Assembly: GCF_040938485.1 (NCBI RefSeq)
Contig: NW_027271191.1
Coordinates: 496,001 to 560,000, forward strand
Direction of reading: 5' to 3'
Length of the DNA: 64,000 bases
Source: Diadema antillarum
Lineage: Eukaryota
Part shown: piece after piece, positions 40,273 to 53,612 of the stretch
Position numbering within the stretch: the first letter of the stretch is position 1
Layout of the letters: each line of letters starts with the position of its first letter
The notes under the pieces: generated by a model
The model's database searches: none
What the model saw: only the letters and a program-made list of their open reading frames with translations
What the model was told of the DNA's origin: nothing
Translations under genes and position numbers: made by a program

Positions 40273-41160
40273 GTTTACAGGTTACTGTACTGATGACAAT
40301 TAAAAAAAGAAAACAAAGCAAATGAGACAGCAGAATGTCATATTCTCTCCAACAGAAGCAAAGTCAAAACCCTTAACATGAGAAAAATAAGTGTTCATGT
40401 AGCAAGTTTACATCAAACACGGATGTAAATACATTAACATTGTTCAGATGAGGTAAGATACAAAATCTAAAATTCATAAAACAATTCATTAGCTCAGTTA
40501 TTGTTGTTCACAGAAATAATTGGGCTCAAAGACAGTCTGGTCACCAGATAGTACCCATCACGAATATTATGGAGGATTGCATCTAGTGCATGTGCATGCA
40601 TGCATACACACACACATACACACACACACACATGAATATACTCACGCACAACCTTACATACCAATGCATCTGACACTGATTCTCATTGATTGTCGATTGT
40701 TTTCCGCAGCTTTTCACATACACATTGCACACACTGCTGCTATTGCTCTCACAGTGCCTGTATATGCATTTTGGATTAGCTTCATCTCTTGTGGATAGTG
40801 TTTGCATGCACTGAAAGAGTACCTTACATGTGCTCATACAATTTGCTACAATTTGACAAGATATACTGCAAGGGGTTCAATCGATTCCCCCATAATTTGT
40901 CCTCGGTGTCAGCTGGACATATCTGCAGCATCTTTAAGTGCAATAATGCAACTGTCCCACAAACAGGCCATTGCAATGCAACATATAAATCACCCAGTGC
41001 CTACTCATCACAATCATTGACACTTTGTTGCAGGACTTCGTCCACCAATGGCACAAACAACATCATGCTGTGGGATGTGTCAATTTGCAGGCAAAGCAAA
41101 GGACAGTGTGGGTGTAATCAGTGAAGGACATTCATGTGAATGCATAGGGTGGAGTCAGTG

Positions 41161-44100
41161 TCATAAAACGTTCTTGTTGAGGGCCTCCTTCAGAATCTTC
41201 TCGGTGAGCTCCCACATGGCCGCCCCAAGCTCCTCACTCTGGGCCTCGTCAGACGGCATGCAGGCACAGCAGTGGTTGAAGTACATCCCGCCCACTCCCT
41301 CCAGCTCCCGTGCTGTGGCACAGAAGATACTGGTGGCTGCCCCTTGTTGCTATGGGAACAGAAAGAAAGAGAGAGAGAGTTTATATCACTCTTTCTTTTG
41401 GCTCTCATCTTCAACTATGAGCTCAATCTGAGTAAGAGGTTTGAGTGTTAACTCCCAATGTTGGGCATATATTTCCAACAAAGCTTGTTGTACATGTAGA
41501 CCACCAAATAGATTGTATTAACTTTGACTAACATAACAACAAAAATTCTACACAAACACAATTCTAAAGTGGATCCCTGCTCTCTGTCAGGTTACATGAA
41601 GAAGTCTATCAGAAAGATTGTCTTGTCAAATTCCTCCTTGCACTAGGTTTGCCTTATCTCTTCTTTTTATTGTTGGAAAACCAACAAAAAAGAAAGAATG
41701 ATTCCCATATATATTGTATGATACAATGTACAATGTATGTGTGGCATCATGCAAAAACACATTTTGTAAATTGGTAATGCAGATATACAAAGTTACAATT
41801 GGTAAGGAATTTATGATATCTTTAAGATACAGTCAAACCTGCCTTAGCGGCCACCTGTCTATAGCGGCCACTGAAAAATCCCCCGAGAGAAAAGCCCTGT
41901 TAAAGACCCTGTGTATAGCGGCCACCTGTCTAACGTGGCCAGCGGCCACAAATTTTGTTTCCCGCACTAGATTTTAACATGTCTATAGCAGCCACAGACC
42001 CGATGGAGCCGTAGCCGAGCCGATAATTAAACATGTTTTTTCTGCTATGTAGCTGTGCCATTCGTTCATGGACAATGCTCAGTGATCGCCACCGATGCAT
42101 TCATCACTCACTCAGTCATAATAATGCGCTAAAGTTAGGCTTTCTTCACGACTGTACACATGCTACTGTGCAACCGGTGATAAACACCTGCATTGCCCAT
42201 GAAATGCATGATAATGCATGGAACACACGTGTGCATGTACACACGTACTTACACATGTATACAATGATGATACATGTACATGTAGGCAATGCACGCAAAG
42301 TTAGATAACCTGTCTATAGCGGCCACCTGTCTATAACAGCCATTCTTTTTGTTTCCCTTGGGTGGCCGCTGTAGACAGGTTTGACTGTATACCGTGCATA
42401 ATATCTGCTGCAGTACCAGGTATATTGCACTTCTTCATGTATCTAAAAATGCTCAAGTCAATTCATTAAAATCTTTAAAGTCATTAAAAAAACCTAGAAA
42501 TGTCACTATGGCGACTGGTATGCCTCTGCCATAATGCATGGTTCTCCAAATAGGTCTACAGTACAATGTCTTGACAATGTGTGATGAGTTTCACATAAAT
42601 GGCAAAATATTGAAATGACAGGTTTGTCACAGAAAAAAAGAAAAAAGTAAAATTTTGAAATTTTCACTTGACCTCTGTCCTTTGACCTTATGACTTGAAA
42701 CTCTCTCTGGAGAATCTTTATTTGGTACTACATGTACCACGGTATACACCAAGTTTCAAGAAAAAACTCCACACATTGCACAGATATGGGGGAAATAATG
42801 AAATTTTGAGCATTTGACATTGACCTTTTGACCTTTGACCTTGAGCATGTGTGCCCAAAAGTTGATAGGCACAACTTCCTCCACTCATGCATACACATAC
42901 CGAGTCTCATTAGGATACCTTAAAGGGACTGTACAGTACTGGTTGAGGTAGGGATTCATGGTTTTAACATTTCTACGTGAGATAATGAGAAACCTCTTAT
43001 GAAATATGAAAGAGCATGTAATTTTAAGAAGGATTCAATGTTTATTTGATGAAAATTGGTTTTTAAATGGCTGAGATAACCAAAAAAGTGCTAATGATAA
43101 AAGGCGACATGCCACAATTTTATTAGGATCTCTTTGTTTTACCTTGTTTTTGGATATCTCAGCCATTTCAAAACCGATTTTCATCGAATAAGCTTTTGAT
43201 ACCCCTTAGAACTGCATGCTCTTTGACATCTCGTAGAGTGGTTTCTGAATATCTCGCAAAACGTTGAAAGTTAAATCCTCACCTCGACCAGAACTGTACA
43301 CACCCTTTAGACGGTTTTTCAGTTACGCTGTCCACAAAATTCATTACCGAAGGACGGAAGGACGGACAACCCGAAAACATAATGCCTCCGGTGACACTTC
43401 GTGGCGGAGGCATAAATAAACATATCACAATTACTTGAACTCTCGTACAGTCAGAAAAAACAAAATTGTGGCACACTCACAGCGGACTTTGTGAAGGGCC
43501 GAACCAGGTGCCAGAGGAGGCGGTAAAACCACCAGTTCTTGCCAAGTCCCGTGTAGATCATGTTGCCCGGGTGGAGTGCGTTACAGGTGACATTGTGAGA
43601 TGACAGTCGCCGGTTGAGCTCGTTGCTATGGAGGATATTGGCTAGCTTGGATCGGCCGTAGGCCAGGATTGGCCAGAACTTCTCCTTGGGTACAGCCACC
43701 TCGTTCATGTCCAGCTTGCTGGAGTAGAAGTCAATGAACCTGGAGAGAGAGGAATGTAGCAAAAAATAAAGAGGTTATTTTCACAAACATCTCCCCTGGT
43801 AATGCACCAGCATTTCAAATGTAAAGGTGGAAGACTTTAATGTGGAAATTTTCACACATTTCATGCTCTGTGATACTTCCACAAAAACAAAAGCATGTAA
43901 ACATTTGATTCTATTTGTTTTGCTAACATGAATTCATAGTGTCTACAGTCAACAAATCTAAAGCATGACAATGGCTGGACGAGCATATTTTTGTAAAAAC
44001 TATTGTCTTGCTCTGTAAGATTATCAGAGAGATAATCAAAAAACAGAACACGTATGCATTTCTAGATCTATTCCCCCATTCTGAGTCATATCAAGAAGCA

Positions 44101-47100
44101 GGGCAGAAAGCTAGCTTGGTTACGTGCCTGTGAGATTCTGAGGACACAATCACTATCCTGGCTGGGGCAGACTTCTTCAGGACTTCGGTCAGGAGGTTGA
44201 CCAGGTAAAAGTGCCCGACGTGGTTGACCTGGAATGTCATCTCGATGCCATCTTCTGTCTGTTGCCATGGCAGACCAAATACTGCTGCATTGCAGATCAG
44301 CATGTGCAGAGGCCTGGCATAACAATAACAACAACAAGAATTACATTCGAAGTAAAACAGGTAGAAAATTGAATTTATAACATAAAAAACTATTTGCTTA
44401 CAGACTTCAAAATTCTGAATAAAGACCCTAAATGCATTGGTAGTATTCAACCTAATAGTTTTTGTTTTAGATGCAAGTTCAATAAAAACTTGATGTGATA
44501 TAAAAGAAAAAGAAAAGAAAAATAAACACAAAAATCCAAACCCTGCTAGAAAAGAGAATCACTGCTCTGCCTCTTACCAGTCTCTGAGGATATAGTTCTG
44601 GGCAAACTGCTTGATGCTGCGCAAGGAGGCTAGGTCTAGGTGCATGACAACCACTTGGGCCTGGTCCAGCTCCTTCCTGATCCTACCCGCGGCATCGTTG
44701 CCACTCTTCAGGTTACGGCAGGCCAGGACCACGTGAACTCCATGAAGAGCAAGGGACCTAGCTGCCTCAAAGCCTAACAAATGTGATGGGAAGGAAGTCG
44801 ATGAGTCAAAACAAGCTTGACTCTTTATGTGCCATGGTGGAAACCCCCTGTGTGCCACATTATTCTGAGACAACAACGTAGTCATATTTTGAGAAAATAT
44901 TCTGTTTTTCCAAGCTATGTAACTTTTATAGATTACTGTCAAGCTGGACATGGAGTGAGCAAAGTTGTGGAAAATGCCAAGTTTTACTTTGATGTAAATT
45001 GTATGTCAAATCTATGATTGTTTTTCTTTCAAATGACCAGTAGCTACATTACTGCAAAGGATTGATATTTGCACGAAAAACAGTGACAGAAACTTAGAAT
45101 TTACATGCACATCCAGTCGGGAACGCCGTTTGCTAATCAATCACCACATAAAATGTAAGCTAAACATGAGAGGAATGGAATCGCCAGAAACACTTTCATT
45201 GAACTGTGGCATTTGGCAATTTATCAATCGGTTTGGGCAGGTTTGTGCGTTTGAGCAGAATATGCGAAGTTGGCACGCCATCAACTGAGTCAGGCATATG
45301 AACGTGGCACATAAAGAGTTAAACCATTGCTGTGTTTCATTCATTGATAGGCAGACATGCTGCCTTGCTTGCATGGCTCACTAGCCAAGATGTCTTGAAT
45401 CTTACTGTCAATTGAAATAGGAATTACTGTAAAACCAGAAATATTCGTGGCATGAAATTCTTGCGAATTGGAGCCAACGGCATTCTTTGCAGCATGAAGT
45501 TTTCATGCATTGTCGCAGGCATTCATCTCATATATATAATATGTAGACAAGAACTCTCATGTGCATTTTAATTTCGTGAATCTTGGCTCTTGCAAAATTC
45601 ACAAAATTACAATGCATTCAAAATTTCTGGTTTCACAATATGCAAGCTATACATCACTGGGGCAAATATGAAAGACTGTGACATCGATATGAGTGAGTAG
45701 GTTGTCTAACTGTGTACGAAGGTCAAATTTTAGGTAAAGTAACCAAATACCAGTAAGATAGCCTGGCAAGTAACATTGGAGTACATTGTCACATTAAGAG
45801 TGAAATATGAAAAAAACTGTTTTCAGTGCAAAAGTGGAAAGCACTGGCATTGTAGAAACATAATTGCATCCTTATATTTTTCTTACTTTGTTCCATAAAC
45901 AATATGCCTGACTATGATGGATAAGATATTTCAGTCTCCCGTGTGGAAAGAAGACAGGGTTAAGTTTGTTTTCATGAGCCAAAGCTTTAATACTTAGTAC
46001 AAATCTTATTGAAACCAAATTCAGAGAAATTATCAGCTTACAGGCAACTGACACAAGCATAACGTCGCTGGGGCGACAAGACCTCATATCTACAAAATGT
46101 CAAATGTTCAGGAGAGCTAAAAAACATGGCGGCCAAAGCACTATACCGAATGGGACAGCCATTCCTTTGACGTGCCATGGTGGTTTCATTTTTGGGGTAA
46201 CACAGCTAGGATTTGGACAGGACATCACTTAACCGATTATTTGACCATAAATGCATAAGAGTCATTTTCACCAAAATTGCAGATACAAGGTCTTGTCACC
46301 CCATCGACAATAAGCTTCCCTTTCAAACATGGCTTTACACGTGATGTTGCATTTTTTGTATGTGTCAGGTCCACGAGGTACTGCTGTCATTGGGTGTCTG
46401 AGCATATTTTGTTATTGGTGGACAAGAATGCAACGTTCACAATGAGATGACAAACTCCACACTCAAATGCTGGTCACTGTGACTGAAAAAAAGAAAAGAC
46501 TCACCAATGCCAGAGTTTGCTCCCGTCACAATGGCATACTGCCCACTGAGGTCTCGTCCCTGTAGGACATGGAGGGCTGTGCTGTAGGCATCAAACCGCT
46601 GGGCGAGCTTGCTGGGATCGGCGCTCTCCTCCATGGCAAACGCCAGGCGGGGATCTGTGTACGTCGTTCTCTTCTTGAGATGGCTATGGCGGCGACAAAA
46701 AGAAAAAGAGAAACAGAATATTTACCTTGATGAAAACTCTGAAGACATTTTTTCTTTTAAATTTCCTAAGTAAAATATAATGGAAATTTGTCCCCATCGA
46801 ATAAAGATTAGGATTAGCAGCTGGAATACATTGAATTCCTCATTTTAATCGAGTTCTTCTTTAGCTCTCCCATTCTTTCTCTCTCGGTCTCTCTCTCTCC
46901 TCTCTTTCTCTTGTCATCATGTAACGCTGATTTTGATTTTCTCGATTGATCAATAATGCTCATTGACTTGGAGATTTTTCCCTCAAAGACGCCACTTTTG
47001 TTAAATTACTTCATACTTCTCCTTTTTTTTTTAGTGAAGATAATAAGCAACTGCTGAAGAAACTACCCCCACTAAATGTCAGCTAAAGAAAATTTTGCCT

Positions 47101-50100
47101 AAACCATACTGTGAACATCTGCACTCACTAAATGCAAACTGCACATGATCCATAATACCAAATAATGTCTGAGACAATGCTACCCAGCAGCATGTGACAG
47201 AGAGACAGATTTGAATCATAAAGTAGGATATGTTACGTCAAATATCAAGTACTGTAAAATTTGAATTATGTCACTTGCATTTTTGAACTTACTCAACAAA
47301 GAATTGCCTTCCTTTGTCATCCACTGCTTTTGTCCATCCAAAGGGAAGTTCTGTGAGAATCAATTCCAACTGACATGTCATTTCACCAAGCTTTGCTTGA
47401 AGGTAAGAACAACTTCAACACACCAGGCATCCACATCTTTCTAGATTTTTTTTTTTTTTGACTACATGAAAAGATAAGGTCATAGTTTGAATCACACTTG
47501 CTACCCAAGCATTTACAAACTACGCAATATTTGATATTCTTTTTGAATACATGTCCACTGAAACCAGACCCCTAACTTTAGATAATCCGTGCATAATCAG
47601 AAAATTATTTTTCTGGTATCGCATCGCAATTTGCTATGCATTTTTACACCAATGCTATACAACTATTTTTTGTGTAGCAGTTTTCTCCCATAGAAGTGTA
47701 AAAGATACCATATAAAATATTGTTTATCAGCTGAAATTGCTAATCAAATTTTAGTTTGAAAATCATTCCCTGGATTAAGGAATAAACTAGAGAGTTTAAC
47801 ATCATCATGTCATTGGGAATGCTTCTGAAAGTCCTTTCATTTCATGGTTTCTAGGTTAGATTCATATTGCATGAGGAAATGAAAACATAACCAACAGACA
47901 GACAGACATATGGTTGAATAAAAACAACAACAGGTATACCAATACAGTATTCAGAATGTAAGTTTGTTGGTCTGGCTACACCTTTTACAGACCCCCTTTT
48001 CATGATTTACTAAAAATGCAAACTGCTAACTTATGGCAATAATGAAAAAAAAAACCATCACAATGACGTTATCTTTGTTCATGGGAACAATGTAAAAACC
48101 ATCTACAGAGGCACAATAAACCATTGCCTTGGATCAGGTTGCAGAATCATACCTCCAGTTATCCTCTTCCTCTTCCCAGTGCGAGGGTGGACCCATGTTG
48201 TGGTTTGGTCTTGATGGCTGGAAAAGAGAGACAGAGAAAGAAAACTGAGGTACTGAAATAGCAGATATAGATGGTAAATAGAAATGTCATCTGGTTGCCT
48301 ACTTGCCTTCTGAGCAACAATGCCAACAACAGTTACCACAAATGCTGTGTTTTGGTCATCAAAGTTGGGAGCCAATTCAAAGGGTAAGGCTGAGTTTTAA
48401 ATGTAAGTCTTTGCACGTTACTGCATATATGAGCAATCAGAGGTACATACCAAATATGTTCCTAGTGCTGTCATCTTTCCAGATTTCATGACAGTCATCC
48501 GTGCATTATCTTTATGGACTAACAAATTCATATTATGTTCATCTGTTGTTTATGCTGTTTTTGTTGTTTTGTTTTGGGGGTGTTTGGAAGGGGGCAGGAG
48601 ATGTGCGGCATGAGTAGTGTATATTCGAAAGCTGTTATTTTCACAAAGGTTTCATTTTCGCGAAATTTGCGAATCACAGTTGGATTGCAAAATTAACAAC
48701 ACACGAAAATGTTGCCAGATGCTAGAGTAATAGTGCATTTTAATTTACGTCGGCGTCACTTCAAAAAACAAGATCTCGCGCATACGTCTATGTCCTCCTC
48801 ATTCACGAAAATAACAGCTTATACAGTAGTCATCCACTCAGGCGACCGTAAGAAGAACCAAAGAAACAAACACAATATCTAGGTGTATGCATGATGGTTA
48901 CAATTTATTCCACCATCATCGTGCAATAAGCTTAGACTATGTCCAGAGTTGAATAGGACACTGCTGTGGATTATTGGTAAATCATAGATGGTAAATACTG
49001 TAATTAGCAAACACACAACAGTATTGTTGTAAGCTGGACTAAGTTGCATATGATGACGTCTGACACACTGCCACTGGTCTCCGGTTTAAATGGGATTTAT
49101 TGAGCAAATAAACAGTCCAAGTCTACAGATTCAATTATTGTATCAAAATCCAGTATTACATACTGTCACCAGTGCTGGACAATATGAAAAACAACAACTA
49201 TACTACAAACATAGTTAAAACTATAAATACAATCACCAACGAGCACAATGTATTATAATCATACATAAATGTATCTATGCGCCTCTCAAGATGAAAATGA
49301 ATACCAATCAAGCCCTTGCATTTGTAATCTCATAATTTCAATTTTCATTGCGTCCGGCCGTGCCAACCACCATGCAAGTAACGCCACTGGCATGGTCACA
49401 GAACAGAATGGTAGCAGAATGTATTCCTCAGATACAAATTTGTCTTTTTATGATGACAAGATAAATCTTGGCAGACATTACCCCCTTCCCCCTAAACACA
49501 CATACACACACACGGTAGAAATGAACAACAGAATAGGCAAGTGATTATATGAACACATTTAACAAGTATAGGTCTATGTGTCGGCTGCATTCTACGTGCC
49601 CATCCACTTTCCATTAAATCTAGTTTCAAGATGACAGTTGAAATCAAACTACAGGTAGGGGAATTTCGCTGCAATAATACAATCAGGTCAACCGTCTTCG
49701 TGAAGTGCACTATGATATGAAATAATGTATGGATGATGGGCCCTCACAAAAATTTGAACACCATGTTCCACACCAGATCCATTTTCAAAAGCATGCAATC
49801 ATTCCCTGAGCTGCCTAACCTTACCACAAAGCCCATGAAATGCTTTACCATTAGTGCATACAAGACATTATACTGCAAGAAAATGTGCCATTTGTACTTA
49901 ACCCGTTGAGGACGAGTCCCGAGTATACTCGGGCAGGTGTCTATAGGAAATGCGTGTTGTGGCAAAATCAAACCGTCTTAAACGGGTTAAAAATGTAATT
50001 TACATGAAAAGTGTCACCACAGACAAAGTGAAAAAGTACAATAATTGGGTGGTTAAAGTAACATTAATGTGTAAATATGATCATATGAAGCAGTTTATAA

Positions 50101-50551
50101 TTACAATAGTGTCCTGACGACCACAATGTGTAACTTTACATTTTGGGCATCAGGTGACTTGAACCAAAATAACTGTACTTTGAACAGTCTATGAGATATG
50201 CTCACATTCATGTCACGACCCGGCCCCCCGGGCGGTACTACAGCTGTACTACTACTAGCATTTCACACCAGCGCAGCGCCAGCGGGAGCTCAGCCAACCG
50301 CAGCCGGCTAGCTGCGGGGCGGGGCTGCGTTTCGTCTAGTATGGTATTCGCTACTATGCAACCACGACTGTAGGCGATACAAATATCTACTTAAGGCACA
50401 GTCCAGATGCCACCTAAAACATAAAATAAGGAGAGTAATTTACTTACTTGGCATAATAAACTCTCCCGTCATTAGTGCTTCTCTCTTCCCATCCAGCAGG
50501 TAACTCTTCGTCGCTGTCTGTGTCGAGGAGGGTGCTCGGTGGGTCTGCCAT
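41161..50551 (-). CDS. WWOX: WW domain-containing oxidoreductase, 8 coding exons, 411 aa
   Basis: Exons on - strand: 50551-50448, 48217-48153, 47350-47293, 46683-46505, 44773-44578, 44313-44128, 43739-43481, 41349-41161. Sum is 1236 nt. WW1 [40 protein letters not shown]2 [33 protein letters not shown] motifs TGANSGIG and YGRSK, C-terminal [11 protein letters not shown]...GGMYFNHCC. Confidence 0.97.
41830..42387. mobile_element. Tc1/mariner(pogo)-like MITE (family J)
   Basis: TA|CAGTCAAACCTG...CAGGTTTGACTG|TA, with repeated ATAGCGGCCACCTGTCT subterminal motifs. Confidence 0.85.
42494..43414 (-). mobile_element. HINE-like family D element (inverted) with a nested MITE
   Basis: The ends are reverse complements of those of 20570-21527. 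It is interrupted by a family C element. Confidence 0.75.
42924..43306. mobile_element. Kolobok-like MITE (family C), nested
   Basis: TTAA|AGGGACTGTACAGTACTGG...ACTGTACACACCCT|TTAG. Confidence 0.8.
45427..45638. mobile_element. Family E MITE
   Basis: TA|CTGTAAAACCAGAAAT...ATTTCTGGTTTCACAA|TA. Confidence 0.65.
46064..46308. mobile_element. Family F MITE
   Basis: Highly similar along its length to 17723-17967. Confidence 0.8.
48617..48826. mobile_element. Family E-related MITE
   Basis: Degenerate GTGTAT...ATACAG|TA ends with TTTTCGCGAAA motifs. Confidence 0.55.
49902..49986. mobile_element. 85-bp piggyBac-type MITE
   Basis: TTAA|CCCGTTGAGGACG...CGTCTTAAACGGG|TTAA. Confidence 0.8.
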
Positions 50552-50850
50552 TTTACACTGCGGGCGCCTCGCGCAGTCCCAGCTACATAATATTCACGTC
50601 GGGTAACGGTACATATAATAGCGACGGAAAGGCACTTCAGCACCGATATATCGATCCGTACCCGTGCCGTCGCACCTCTATCGCCCAAACCCATAGAGAT
50701 GTATACTTTATGAGTGATTTTCTTCACTCGTCATCTCGGCGAGCGAATGTGCGCCCCCCCCCCCCCCCCCCCCCTACATCTCTATGCACAAACCTCGCCC
50801 CGGATTGTCGTTCGAAAGAGGTGGAAGATCGAAGAGGACCTTGTTTTATG
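50200..50850 (-). promoter_or_regulatory. CpG-rich WWOX promoter / first-exon region
   Basis: Local CpG enrichment around the ATG at 50551, GC box GGGGCGGGGC at 50316-50325, AAAATGGC (YY1/Kozak-like) at the start codon, and a run of about 21 C at 50754-50774. Confidence 0.55.
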
Positions 50851-51705
50851 ATGATCGTATGATGTTTGAAACATGTGAAAGTTGCGAACAGTTGCACATA
50901 CAGTGGCACCAAAAAGGAAACAATAAATAGGACTAATATTATGCTGTGATTTTTGTTTGTTTGTGGGTGTGTGTGTTTTGTTTTGTTTCGGGTGTTTTTG
51001 TTTGTTTGTTGTTGTTTTTTATAGTGCGGCTGTCGCATAGTTACTGCAAATTTACATTATCGCAATTATCTTTAGGCCTATGGAACGTTAGAAAATAGAA
51101 ATTATAGCTTGAATATATTTGGCGCAAACAAATATGCGTGAAAAAAATTAAATTGAACCGTGTGTTGTGCTGAAATTTTAAATATGCTAACAATTTTCGA
51201 AGATCTTTACTCTAGCTTCTGAATCCAAATAATACTGTATACATGCAGAGTGACTTTGATGGGAATGACTAGTGAGTCAAAGTCAAGGGGAAGAGTGGAG
51301 TTTTCATATTTGAGCAAAGGCTGCGGCATACGTCAGTGATGTTAATGACATCAGTTTTCAGAATTGTCCCCTGTATATTATCTTAACACATCACAGTGAA
51401 TAAACTGACTCTGATTCTATGCCGGTATTTGCTGCTTTCTTGTTTAATCATGCAACAGGCTATACAGCAGAGACTTCACAGCAGTAAAAAACAACTAGGC
51501 TCACTCTGGTACCACACACACTCTAGAGCGGAAATATTACTTCTTTGCACCATCAGATACCGAGTAGTCTAAATTGAAGCAGGCGCATATTTTTGGTCTC
51601 ACTTAGAAATGCAGTTCAAACAGTCGGACCCGTAGTTGTAGAGGCAATTCATGTCAAGTGACATAATTATCATGTTACATAATGGACATAACATGCACAT
51701 TTTTC

Positions 51706-53579
51706 CAGGCCCCTGGGAGCAACTTTTTCCACAGGGGTGCTGAACCCCTGACCCACCCCGGTTGCCGGACCATATTAGCAGCGTTTTAGTATATTGGGGG
51801 GGGGGGGGCAGGGGAGGTGAAAGGAGGGGATGGGGACATCGAAACGAGGGTGAGAAAGCCATCTAGGTGTCTACCACACAAGGAAACTTTTGCACTCTTA
51901 TTGAAATTGAACACACTTTATGTGGTCAATTTTGACATTCTTCAATCAAAGAAAAAAAAAAGTGAATACTCGTGGACTATGTTCATGGATGAATTGCTGA
52001 ACGCCCCACCTCTTGATTCTTGTGTGTGTCTTCACTTTGTATAAGTCCATGGAAGGGGACCTACGGGGGAGGGTGTGGGAGGGGGTATCCCCCTCCCACA
52101 CTGGAGAGATTTTGAATTTTCATTCCTGAAATTCAGCGATCTGGTGCACACTTTTGGTGAAATTTCTTAAAAGTATTTAAAAAAATATTCACAGAAATGT
52201 GAATGACCATTAAATCGGGTTACAATCAACTCTTGTTCCGTGTGCGCGTCATCAATCTGACGCACACTTTTGGTGAATATTTTTAAAAAGTATGAAAATA
52301 AAATATTCACAGAAATGTGAATGACCAATAAATTGGGTTACAATCAACTCTTGTTCCATGTGTGCGTCATCACTGTGAAATAACTGTATGGAAGTTGATG
52401 AGGCGGGGATGGGAGGTGGCTACCATGCGACGGAGCTTTTGCATTTGTAGAATTTAATTACAACGATATGATGCACAATCATGGTATGGACTATCCCCAT
52501 ATATGTATCAGAGAATCGTTTGTTGGTCTTTGCTTTGTATAAGTCTATGGAAGGGGACATAAGGGGGAGGGTGTGGGAGGGGGTATCCCCCTCCCACACA
52601 AGGGAGATTTTTGATATTTAGACCTGAAATTCAGTGATTTGGTGCACACTTTTGAAATTAAAAAAAAAAGTATGAAAGATAAATATTCACAGAAATGTGA
52701 ATGACCATTAAATCGGGGTATAATCAGCTCTTGTTCTAGGTATGCATCATCACTGTGTGATAAATGTAAGGAAGTTGAGAAGGCGGGGTTGGGAGGGGGT
52801 AGCCCCCTCCCAAACGACGGAGCTTTTGCATTTTTAGAATTGGAATATACATTGTACAATGTTTAATGATCTGATGCAAAATCTTGGTGGAATATCCTGG
52901 AGTTTGTATTAGACAAGTGTATTAAGACATCTATGGAGGGAGACCAAGCGGGGGAAGGATGTGGGAGGATGTATCCCCTTCCTACAAGAGAGAGCTTTTG
53001 CATCTTTTTGACTGTGATTCAAAGATGTGGAATTTCTGGCGCATATTTTTGATTTAATATGTAATGTAATGTAGCTATAATCAATGCAAGGGGTGGAGGC
53101 TAATACAGCAAGGTGGAGGATTTTAGAAGGGGTCGTCCCCCATCCCCTAACCCCTCCCATTCGAGAGAGCCTTTGTATTTTAAGGATTGAAATGAAAATA
53201 TTTTGTCTCTACACAACAGTCATTTATGATGGAGTATTTGAAAAACTGTCAAACAAAGAAGCATAAGCCCACTAAATGTAGCAGGGGAATAAGGGTAAAC
53301 TGAAAGAGAATATCCCCTTCCCACATTTTGGAACTTTTGGATTTGTTTAAATTGAAGTGACAGATCTGGGGGGCACTTTTTGATGAAATATTCAAAAAGT
53401 GTCGATCTCAAAAGTCTACTAAGTGGATGGAAGTTGGCCTATAAGGGGGGGGGGAGGGGGTATCCCTCCCAGGGTCATTTTCCATTTTCAGAATTGAAAT
53501 TAAACGATCTTGTGCACTTTTGGTGAAATATCTGAACAGTTTCTATTTTTTTAAAAAATTAAAAATTCCACATCGTGGG

Positions 53580-53612
<33 letters not shown>

